A stretch of 63,833 nucleotides of DNA, the filler included, from Octopus bimaculoides (Eukaryota), in assembly GCF_001194135.2 (NCBI RefSeq). It is 8 parts of 8 records of this genome, joined end to end, with 100 filler letters (N's around TTAATTAATTAA, not from the genome) between each part and the next. Parts side by side here need not be neighbours in the genome. Positions count along the whole stretch, not along the records: positions 52,318 to 58,242 come from NC_068987.1; positions 58,343 to 61,367 come from NW_026414520.1; positions 61,468 to 63,833 come from NC_068991.1; 5 more parts are not named here. One strand, given 5' to 3'. Shown here in pieces: positions 54,305 to 63,833 of this stretch. Position numbers and translations under genes: made by a program. The notes under the pieces were generated by a model that was given only the letters and a program-made list of their open reading frames with translations, was not told the origin of the DNA and ran no database searches. Each line of letters starts with the position of its first letter. Position 1 is the stretch's first letter.

Positions 54305-55724
54305 CCTTTCTAATCGTTCGAAATTTGAATCTTGTAACTCGAAAGTCTTAGTAATTTTTTGCATGCGTAAAAGCAAAGCTTGTCCAGGCCCTAAATAGTG
54401 ACGGAATGTGTAGGAGTTTCCATTGTTTAATGTTTTCCTTCTGCAGTTTTATACTAGTTTTCCATCTCAACACAGTCTTCATTTGTGAACTCTTCATGAA
54501 CTCTTCTGAAATTTAACAGAAACGGTATCACAGAAACATGGAACTTTTCATGTAATTATAAAGGGAAAACGATTCCTATTGCAAGTACGAGCAGCAAACC
54601 CACATTGAGGGATGTAAAAAAAAAAGAAAAAAAACGCAAAAGAAGCATCATAACATAAATGAAAAAGAATTAAACTTTTGATTGTTTATTAACGACGATT
54701 TTAAAATCAAATACTTAGTTGTGCCTACACTGTTGTTTTATTGCTCCTTATTTAATTCTTTAGAAAAAGATTCTCATTTCAGAACCCACCAGTGAAAAGG
54801 TAACTATCGCTTATATTTTATTCTAAGTTAATTTTCTTCCCTCTTAACAATCAGACATTTGGAACCAGCAGAATAATATTTTTAAATGTTGCAATAACGC
54901 AATGATCTATTGTTTGCAGAAGTNNNNNNNNNNNNNNNNNNNNNNNNNNNNNNNNNNNNNNNNNNNNNNNNNNNNNNNNNNNNNNNNNNNNNNNNNNNNN
55001 NNNNNNNNNNNNNNNNNNNNNNNNNNNNNNNNNNNNNNNNNNNNNNNNNNNNNNNNNNNNNNNNNNNNNNNNNNNNNNNNNNNNNNNNNNNNNNNNNNNN
55101 NNNNNNNNNNNNNNNNNNNNNNNNNNNNNNNNNNNNNNNNNNNNNNNNNCTAAGTTAATTTTCTTCCCTCTTAACAATCAGACATTTGGAACCAGCAGAA
55201 TAATATTTTTAAATGTTGCAATAACGCAATGATCTATTGTTTGCAGAAGTAACGTTCGATTTGGTGTGTTTGGATTAAATAAAATATCTGGATGGTGACA
55301 GAACAGATTTTGGTTGACACGGCGCATTATCTGTGGTCAGTAGTTCACGAAATGGAATGATTTTAGTCTCCAAAATATTTCTAATTCAGATACAGAGTTC
55401 CATGTAACCAATCCTCAAACAGTAAAGGCGGAACACAAGATTTCCATTTGAATGGAATTTTAACTTTTACCTGGCCTTTGTCTTTGAATTTTCAGCATAA
55501 TGCACAAGCATGGGGTTTAACTTACAGTAGTTCCAATTGCATTACCTCTAAACAGTAATGATAGCCGATTTTTAACAATTTCAAACTTGGAATCAATTTT
55601 TTGCGATATGACTACTTGCTGCTAAGCGTTTCAAAAATAAGCTTCTTTCGTTTACGCCGAGAAATTTTTGAGGATGGGAAACCATTTTCCTCAGCTGTTT
55701 CTTCTTTTCTTTTCTTTTCTTTTT

Positions 55725-55800
55725 TTTCGGGTACATATTTAACGTTTCATAGCAGCTGGTACTTTCGGGTACATATTTAATGTTTCATGACAGTTGGTAC
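55725..55800. repeat. 38-bp tandem duplication
   Basis: tttcgggtacatatttaa(c/t)gtttcat..cag.tggtac x2. Confidence 0.9.
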
Positions 55801-56404
55801 GTAAATATTTAGTGCTATCACTGAATTCTAAAGAAAATCTATAGAGATATTATTGCTAGCAATTGATATTTATGTACTGACTGCCGGAAATGTGTTTAAT
55901 ATGTAAATTGGTCTATCCAATAGTATTACAACGCTAAACTCAGTTGAGTATTTAGGCAATGCGTTCGTAGCTGGTTCATGGGTTGGATGTGGGGCTGATG
56001 AAAGAGCAATAACTCTTTAAATATACACATTACAACAATTGACTATTTTTTTCTTTTTTCGATCGCATTGGTTACATAAACGCATTCGTATACGAAATGT
56101 CGTAACTTTCAGTGCTGGCTCTGAATTCAGTAAAAAATTTGTAGAGATAAACTTAAAAATTATATTTTATATATCTTTCGCCTTTCTCTTCATCGTTATA
56201 TAAGTGGTGTATTCTACCTCATATGTATTTGTATTCCCCACCACCTCGAATGCCTCCTGTTCAAAGTTCGAAACTTAATAGCGAATAAAGAATTATTATT
56301 ATTATTATTATTATTATTGCCTTTGCACAGCTTCTAACGCTGGAGATGTACTACAGTGTCAGCTGTTCACTACCAGTGAACTAAGGTAACACCTCTTATT
56401 TTTC

Positions 56405-57046
56405 GACTGGTAGAATCGTTAGCACGCGGGGCAAAATGCTAACTGTATTTCGTCTGTCGCTACGTTCTGAGTTCAAATTCCGCAGAGGCCGACTTTACCT
56501 TTCAGCCTTCAGGGGTCGATAAAATAAGTACCAGTTGAACACGGGGATCGATGTAATCGACTTAATCCCTTCCCCCAAAATTTGAGGCCTTTCCGCCGAG
56601 GTTGACTTTGCTTTCATGCTTTCGGGGTCGGTGAATTAAGTACCAGTGAAACACTGGGGTCGATGTAGTCGACTAGTCCCTTCTCCCAAATTTCAGGTCT
56701 TGCGCCTATAGTAGAAATGATTATTATTATTATTATTCAGTAGTTTATTTTTATAACATGCTTTCACTTCACTACCGAGCGCAGCTCTATGTGCCTTGGG
56801 TATTTGCTGTGGTTTGCTGTGATGCTCTTATGGTTACTGTATTGAAAGTGTTTTGCGTAGGATATGTGCTGTGCCCAGTAGTGCAATTTTCTGTATGTTA
56901 TATATATTTGTAAGTCCTGGTGTTTTTGTTATGTATTTGTCTGAATATTTTTTTTATTATACCTAAGGCGCCTAGTATGATAGGAATTGTTTCTGTATTT
57001 AGATTCCACATTCGAGTTACCTCTATTTCCAGGTTTTTGTATTTTG

Positions 57047-57082
<36 letters not shown>

Positions 57083-57650
57083 GGCTGAATCGCTAACATC
57101 TCAGACAAAATGCTTAGCGGTTCTTTACATTCTGAGATGAAATCCCACCGAGATCAACTTTGCCATTCATTCTTTCGGTGTCGGTAACATAAGTACACTT
57201 GAGCACTGGAGTCGACGTAATCGACTAGCACCCTCATCCAAAATTTCAGGCCTTGTGCCTCTATAGTAGAAAAGATTAAATTATTTTTGGCAGAAATGTT
57301 AACGAGTCAGAGAAAATGTTTAACGGCATTTTCCGGCCCTTTACGTTCAGATTTCAAATCCCGCTAAGATCAGCGTTGGCATTCATCCCTTCGGCATCGA
57401 TGAGTCCTCTCAAAATTACTGGCCTTGTGCCAAAATTGGCAAGAATTATTTTTACCGTCATCATCATCATCATCATTACTCAGAAGAATCGGTAGACAAA
57501 ATGCTTTGCGGTATTTCTTCCGACTCTTTACGTTCAGCGTTCGAATCCCGCCGATTTCAACTTTGCCTTCCATCCTTCCGAAGCTGATAAAATAAAGGAC
57601 CAGTCTACTTGACTATTCTCTACTCTCTCACATTTCAGGCCTTATTCTAG
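56405..57650 (+). mobile_element. Tandem cluster of Nin/Deu-core SINEs (56405-56720 with duplicated core; 57085-57280; 57290-57450; 57480-57650), with LINE copy 3 nested
   Basis: Four heads (gaatcgttagcacg/gaatcgctaac/gaaatgttaacg/gaatcggtagac) each followed by the core; lies in the presumed intron upstream of the ML exon. Confidence 0.8.
56736..57047 (-). mobile_element. R4/Dong-like LINE copy 3, short 3' fragment inside an (ATT)n tract
   Basis: SKYKNLEIEVTRMWNLNTETIPIILGALGIIKK...ALLGTAHILRKTLSIQ* with the same 3' UTR; (ATT)n on both sides. Confidence 0.85.
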
Positions 57651-57795
57651 AAACAACTATTTCTGTTCTTTTACTCACTTTTCTATGCCATTTGTTTTGT
57701 TGGTATAATTCTTTTCCTTTTTCTCAGAAATCGTTTATCTTTATTATCGATATTTATTTTTATCTTTGTTTTATGTCTCTCTTTTGTTTTTAAAG

Positions 57796-58000
57796 GCAAA
57801 GACCAACATCGTGTCATCACAATAAACCACATGAGAATCAACCCAATGCCTATTGTTGCGCCAGGAACGGTCTACTTAAGTATGGCAGGTACATTGAGTC
57901 ACGATCTCCCACGACGTTTGACCGTTGACCTTAATGTCACTAAGTACATTTTTAAGGTGCCCTTCCGGCTGCCCTGTTTCAACCGAAGATTTGGTTCTTG
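57796..58000 (+). CDS. GM2A: Internal exon of a GM2-ganglioside-activator-like (ML/MD-2-related lipid-recognition domain) gene
   Basis: Pyrimidine-rich acceptor (...gtctctcttttgtttttaaAG) and GTAAAT donor at 58001; phase 1 in, phase 2 out. Stop-free translation (x)KDQHRVITINHMRINPMPIVAPGTVYLSMAGTLSHDLPRRLTVDLNVTKYIFKVPFRLPCFNRRFGS(C) aligns by eye with GM2A P-x-P-I-x-x-PG-x-V-x-L-S...L-x-V-D-L...K...I-P-C...G-S-C. Family call is by recognition; orthology to GM2A versus a paralog is not established. Confidence 0.85.
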
Positions 58001-58078
58001 GTAAATATATATATATATATATATACATTTTAGGTGTGTATGTATGTGTATGTGTGTATGTGTATGTGTGTGCGTAGT

Positions 58079-58130
<52 letters not shown>

Positions 58131-58740
58131 GTGTGTTTGTAAACATATGTGCGTGTGAATGTACGTATATTCATATACCTATATATTCACACGCACTTAT
58201 TTGGGTGTGTAACTGAGTCTCTCTCTCTCTGTCTCTCTCTCTNNNNNNNNNNNNNNNNNNNNNNNNNNNNNNNNNNNNNNNNNNNNTTAATTAATTAANN
58301 NNNNNNNNNNNNNNNNNNNNNNNNNNNNNNNNNNNNNNNNNNATATATATACATATATATACGTAAAGCTTTCCTTTAATTGGTGAGTGGTGTGGTGAAA
58401 GGAAACGTTACCCAACCTCCAGCTCGTGCCAGTTAGCAGCGTCCACTTATTTTTCTTCTTGTCGCTGTTATTGTCCTTAATCTAATTGTTGCATTTCTTT
58501 TGATTGTACGCTTACTGATGGTGGAGTGTCGTGGCTGGAGAGGGTGTTGCGGCCGGTATATATTAAGTAAAGGAAGCATGAGTCTGCTATTAGTAAGCAA
58601 TCACTAAGTTCTAAATTTAAGTAGGTCGTACAGATAGGGCGTATATGAACGTATGTATGGATGCATGCATGTATGTATGTATGTATGTATGTACGTTTTC
58701 GTACATGTATGCATGCGTGTATGTATGTTTGTATATATAC

Positions 58741-58781
<41 letters not shown>

Positions 58782-59129
58782 NNNNNNNNNNNNNNNNNNN
58801 NNNNNNNNNNNNNNNNNNNNNNNNNNNNNNNNNNNNNNNNNNNNNNNNNNNNNNNNNNNNNNNNNNNNNNNNNNNNNNNNNNNNNNNNNNNNNNNNNNNN
58901 NNNNNNNNNNNNNNNNNNNNNNNNNNNNNNNNNNNNNNNNNNNNNNNNNNNNNNNNNNNNNNNNNNNNNNNNNNNNNNNNNNNNNNNNNNNNNNNNNNNN
59001 NNNNNNNNNNNNNNNNNNNNNNNNNNNNNNNNNNNNNNNNNNNNNNNNNNNNNNNNNNNNNNNNNNNNNNNNNNNNNNNNNNNNNNNNNNNNNNNNNNNN
59101 NNNNNNNNNNNNNNNNNNNNNNNNNNNNN

Positions 59130-59183
<54 letters not shown>

Positions 59184-59294
59184 ACTTGAATGTGTATGAA
59201 TATAAAAACATGTATAAGCGTGTATGTGTATGAATGTATGAAAGTATGTACGTAAGTGTTCGTATGTTTGTATATGAACAGGTAGCTGACAAGC

Positions 59295-59606
59295 CACCAA
59301 TTACGTTTCTTGACGATTCCAGTTGATCTGATCAACGGGTGAGTTTGCTCATGAGATCAACGTGCAAGTGGCTGAGCACTCCACAGACACGCGTACCCTT
59401 AACACAGTTCTCAGAGAGATTCAGCGTGACCCAGGCTGTGACAAAGCTGGCCCCTTTGAAATACTGTTGCAACACATTTTTGCCAGCTGAATGAAATGTA
59501 GAAAAGGAAAAGAAAAAAGAAAATATCTTGCCCAAGGACGCAAAGCGCGGCAAGGAATCGAACTCATGAACGTAAGCCGCATTCCTCACCACCAAACCAC
59601 GTGACT
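59295..59606 (-). mobile_element. SINE family C variant with CORE-like 5' part and tRNA-like head
   Basis: gacgattccagttgatctgatcaacgg...gcaagtggctgagcactccacagacacg...tcttgcccaaggacgcaaagcgc...ggaatcgaactc. Confidence 0.8.
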
Positions 59607-60751
59607 TCATTTGTAATTAGGCACTGAATTATTTTTGAAATACTTCGTTTAAAGGAATTCCGTCCACAGCATTTGAGGAATCACTTCTGGTATTTTAAGG
59701 ATTATTTTTATCGAAACTTTTTTGAAATTCTGAACACTTCAATTCTGCATAATTTCAATTTTACATTCAGATTTTATATATTTATTTATTTATTTATTTA
59801 TTTTTACATATATTTTGAAAGAAAGGAAAGTTACATACAGACGATCAGAATACACACACACGCATACATACACACCGTATATACATGCATATTTACATAC
59901 GTACATACTCGCGCGCGCATGTATATATATATATATAGATAGATAGATAGATAGATAGAGAGTATACAAAAAGGAAAGAAGCGTCAACGTAACTTGTACG
60001 TATTTTATCAAATCCACGCAGAAATGAGTATGTATATATGTATTAGTGTGCCTGCGTGTGCGTATGTGTGTGTGCGTGTGTGTGTCCAAAGATAAACTTA
60101 AATTAAATTATAGAAATAATTGGAAGTATGGAAAATATTTGTCATCATCTCGAACTCATGGCATAAGCAACCGAGTCGAAAAAAAATTCATAATTACTTT
60201 TATTATTCCATATACTCACGTCAATATAAACACACAAAATTCTATGCGTGTGTGTGGGGAGGGTGTAAATATACATGTATTATATTAATATATATATATA
60301 TATATATATANNNNNNNNNNNNNNNNNNNNNNNNNNNNNNNNNNNNNNNNNNNNNNNNNNNNNNNNNNNNNNNNNNNNNNNNNNNNNNNNNNNNNNNNNN
60401 NNNNNNNNNNNNNNNNNNNNNNNNNNNNNNNNNNNNNNNNNNNNNNNNNNNNNNNNNNNNNNNNNNNNNNNNNNNNNNNNNNNNNNNNNNNNNNNNNNNN
60501 NNNNNNNNNNNNNNNNNNNNNNNNNNNNNNNNNNNNNNNNNNNNNNNNNNNNNNNNNNTCTTAGTATCTCGAAATTATATCTCAGTTTTACAATCGCTAA
60601 TAATTTTGAATGCAAGTGTAGTTATTTCAAAGTATCTTTTCGAAAGTATATTATTTTTATTATTCAGAAGAAGAAAAAACTGGGCACGTCTTATTGTAAT
60701 TTAATTCTCTGAGGGGATAATATGCTGAAGTAGTTATACATACATACAGAT

Positions 60752-60799
<48 letters not shown>

Positions 60800-61044
60800 G
60801 TATATATATATATATAAATGTATATGTATATATGTATGTATTTATGTGTGTGCATATATGTGTATGTATGTGTATGAGTCTGTACAAGCATACTCAAACA
60901 GATAAGCAAGTAAATACATGCTGTAATATATAAAAATATATCCCTTTTCGTCCTTATATACATACATATATATATGTATATATATGTATATATATATATT
61001 GGTTAAATCCAATACCCTCCTCAACCTTATATGTATATATATAT

Positions 61045-61121
<77 letters not shown>

Positions 61122-61289
61122 ATGTATGTATTTATGTATGTATGCATGTATGTGTGTATGCATGCATGTATGCATGTATGTATGTATATCTGTAAACCTA
61201 TCGACTCCAGCATACAGATTTCACAATTAGGGTAAAATAAGTGAAATTATGAATTTTAATTTCATTCGTTTTTATTGTCGTTGTTGTTG

Positions 61290-61367
<78 letters not shown>

Positions 61368-61467
61368 NNNNNNNNNNNNNNNNNNNNNNNNNNNNNNNNN
61401 NNNNNNNNNNNTTAATTAATTAANNNNNNNNNNNNNNNNNNNNNNNNNNNNNNNNNNNNNNNNNNNN

Positions 61468-62252
61468 AAAACGTTTAGTGAGGAAATGACCAGTGAGTGG
61501 TCAGCTCGAAAATGGTTTAAACGATTTCGTAGGGGAGACATGAACCTTGAAGATCGTGAGCATAGTGGACACCCATCTGTCATCGATGACGGTCAATTAA
61601 AGACAGTCATTGAGAAAGATCCTCATAAAACCACTCAAGAACTGGCATAAAAACTTCAGGTTAGCCAGAAAACTGCCTGCAACCATTTGCATGCAATCAG
61701 AAAATTAAAAAACCTTGACAAATGGGTCCCACATGATTTGAATGAAAATCAGAAAATGCACAGATATGAAATTTGCTCGTCCCTTCTTCTCTGTAACTGG
61801 ACCAATCCATTTTTTGACCGTATTGTAACCTGTGATGAAAAGTGAATTCTGTACAATAATAAGAAATGTTCTTCACAGTAGTAGGACCAAAATGAAGTAT
61901 CAAAAATCTTCCTTAAACCTGAGCTCTTCAAAAACAAGGTTATGGTGACTGTTTGGTGGTGTACTGCTGGACTTATCCTCTATAACTTCTTAAAACCCGG
62001 AAAAACCATAACTGCAGAAACATATTGCCATGAAATTGCCAAAATGAATGAAAAACAGCTACTCCTCCATCCCAGACTATCACTTTTTTCAAGCACCTTG
62101 ATGGTTTCTTGTGAAAGGAGTTCAAAAATCAAAGTGCCTTCAAAGAATTCATCAGCTCCAGAACTCCAGATTTTTATGTTACTGGAATAAACAAACTTGT
62201 CACTTATTGGCAAATATGTATTGATTGTCATGATACTTATTTTGATGAATAA
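61468..62252 (+). mobile_element. Decayed mariner (Hsmar1/SETMAR-like) transposase, internally deleted; 5' end lost at a scaffold break
   Basis: Translation gives ...KWFKRFRRGDMNLEDREHSGHP...WVPHDLNENQK...FFDRIVTCDEK*ILY...KVMVTVWW...GKTITAETYC, then in another frame PDYHFFKHLDGFL...INKLVTYWQICIDCHDTYFDE*. It has several in-frame stops and lacks the HDNARPH...YSPDL segment. Confidence 0.95.
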
Positions 62253-63360
62253 AATTTCTGCATTGTTGAAATATATGTATGTGTTTTAAATTTTATATTA
62301 GTTTTGATTGCATCGTCATTTCTTTCCCATTTCTAACAAAACTGTCCGATGAATGGGAACGTGAAACTCCAAGTAACAGTCTTTTGTTATATTTCTGCTG
62401 CTTTNNNNNNNNNNNNNNNNNNNNNNNNNNNNNNNNNNNNNNNNNNNNNNNNNNNNNNNNNNNNNNNNNNNNNNNNNNNNNNNNNNNNNNNNNNNNNNNN
62501 NNNNNNNNNNNNNNNNNNNNNNNNNNNNNNNNNNNNNNNNNNNNNNNNNNNNNNNNNNNNNNNNNNNNNNNNNNNNNNNNATATAATATGAGGTAACAAA
62601 CTGAGGAAAAGAAATCCTTGATAGGAATGTGTTAAACATCCAATTCACTGGTGCTGCTGTTGGATACCATATAAATATTAGTATAATTCAAGAATAAATA
62701 TAAATTGAATATAGAGATATTCTATTGACAATCCAATATTTTATTTATATTGCAATATTACATTAAATACTATGAATATAATATATAAAATAACATCATA
62801 TAATATAAATAATTATAAAAACTGTAAATGGCCCAAGAAAGTGTTTTGACTTAGGTATATTTTTTCTGATTTACATAATCACAGTTTCCTTATATATAAG
62901 TCACTTCAGGGTCCTTGGTTCAGAAAGATGACATTCCGTGTGAAAGAATGGCTGGATTGTAAAAATTCAAATGTCTGTGTTATGAGCGTGAGCATTAACT
63001 ATTCAATCTTACATCAATTACAATTAAAAAACAACAAATACACTTTAACGGACGATACAATCAAGTAAGTGCAATCAACAACCATCAAAATTCACTTAAT
63101 TATATCTCAAACATATCTGAAACCCTTTGATGTCCAAGATAGGATCTTGTCATCACAAAATACAATAATAATATATGTGTATATGTAAATGAATATAATT
63201 AAGTATCTAAGTCTTCTCTTAGGTGTAACTACAGCAAAAAATATACAAACAATTACATCTTCAATACAACTATTTTATCTATTGACATATATGTATATAT
63301 ATATAAAACATATGTACATATTTATAATAGATATATGTATATATACAATATATATATATT

Positions 63361-63735
63361 CTTTTACTTGTTTCAGTCATTTGACTGCAGCCAAGCTGGT
63401 GCACTACCTTCAGTCATGCAAATCGACCCCAGGACTTATTTTTTGTAAGCCTAGTACTTATTCTATCGCTTTCTTTTGGCGAATTGCTAAGTTACAGGGA
63501 CATAAACACACTCGCATTGGTTGTCAAGCGATGTTGGGGTGACAAACACAGAAACATATACATACATGCACACACACACACACATATACAATAGGCTTTC
63601 AGTTTCTCTCTACCAAATCCACTCACAAGGCTTTGGTCAGTCCGAGACTATAATAGAAGACACTTGCCCAAGGAGTGAACCCGGAACCATGTGCTTGTTA
63701 AGCAAGCTACCTACCACACAACCATTACTGTACCT
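63361..63735 (-). mobile_element. Near full-length composite CORE/Nin SINE
   Basis: Same layout as 35128-35602. Confidence 0.9.
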
Positions 63736-63756
63736 ATGGGCCACTATGTGTGTGTG

Positions 63757-63811
<55 letters not shown>

Positions 63812-63833
63812 ATATATAATATATATATATATA

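Noticed and set aside
54820-55250. ~100-bp identical sequence on both sides of an N gap
   Set aside because: Most simply an unmerged overlap or collapsed tandem repeat; cannot be treated as biological without reads.
55496-55558. Strong acceptor followed by HNAQAWGLTYSSSNCITSKQ*
   Set aside because: The best donor (CA|GTAATG) is phase 2 and does not fit the phase-1 ML exon; phase-1 alternatives lose the cysteine.
55906-56020. AFVAGSWVGCGADERAITL, resembling the ML-domain N-terminal W-x-x-C
   Set aside because: No ATG or signal peptide, weak acceptor, poor donor (GTGGGG) and an in-frame stop soon after; possible but unsupported as the upstream exon.
58440-58600. Hydrophobic frame PLIFLLVAVIVLNLIVAFLL resembling a channel S6 helix
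   Set aside because: T-rich sequence gives such runs by chance; the downstream residues do not continue any channel motif.

Overview
AT-rich, microsatellite-dense animal genomic DNA. The SINE, mariner and LINE families look like those of an octopus or other coleoid cephalopod, which is an inference from repeat content. The window is not one continuous contig: seven 100-bp spacers (44 N + TTAATTAATTAA + 44 N) join eight pieces (1-4221, 4322-12753, 12854-24200, 24301-33563, 33664-52217, 52318-58242, 58343-61367, 61468-63833), so adjacency and orientation across spacers are not guaranteed. Almost all ORFs in the supplied track are microsatellite or N-run artefacts. The one well-supported host-gene feature is a 205-bp internal exon (57796-58000, +) encoding part of a GM2-activator-like ML lipid-binding domain, which the ORF track missed. 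The rest is mobile DNA: three truncated R4/Dong-like LINE copies ending in (TAA)n microsatellites, RTE- and CR1-like LINE relics, two mariner relics, a Tigger/pogo N-terminal relic, and many modular tRNA-derived SINEs. I found no CRISPR, rRNA or intact tRNA gene and no convincing novel biological system. The best leads are the cationic ML-domain exon, the microsatellite-targeting LINEs, SINE module shuffling, an inverted SINE pair, and a few weak candidate exons and promoters.
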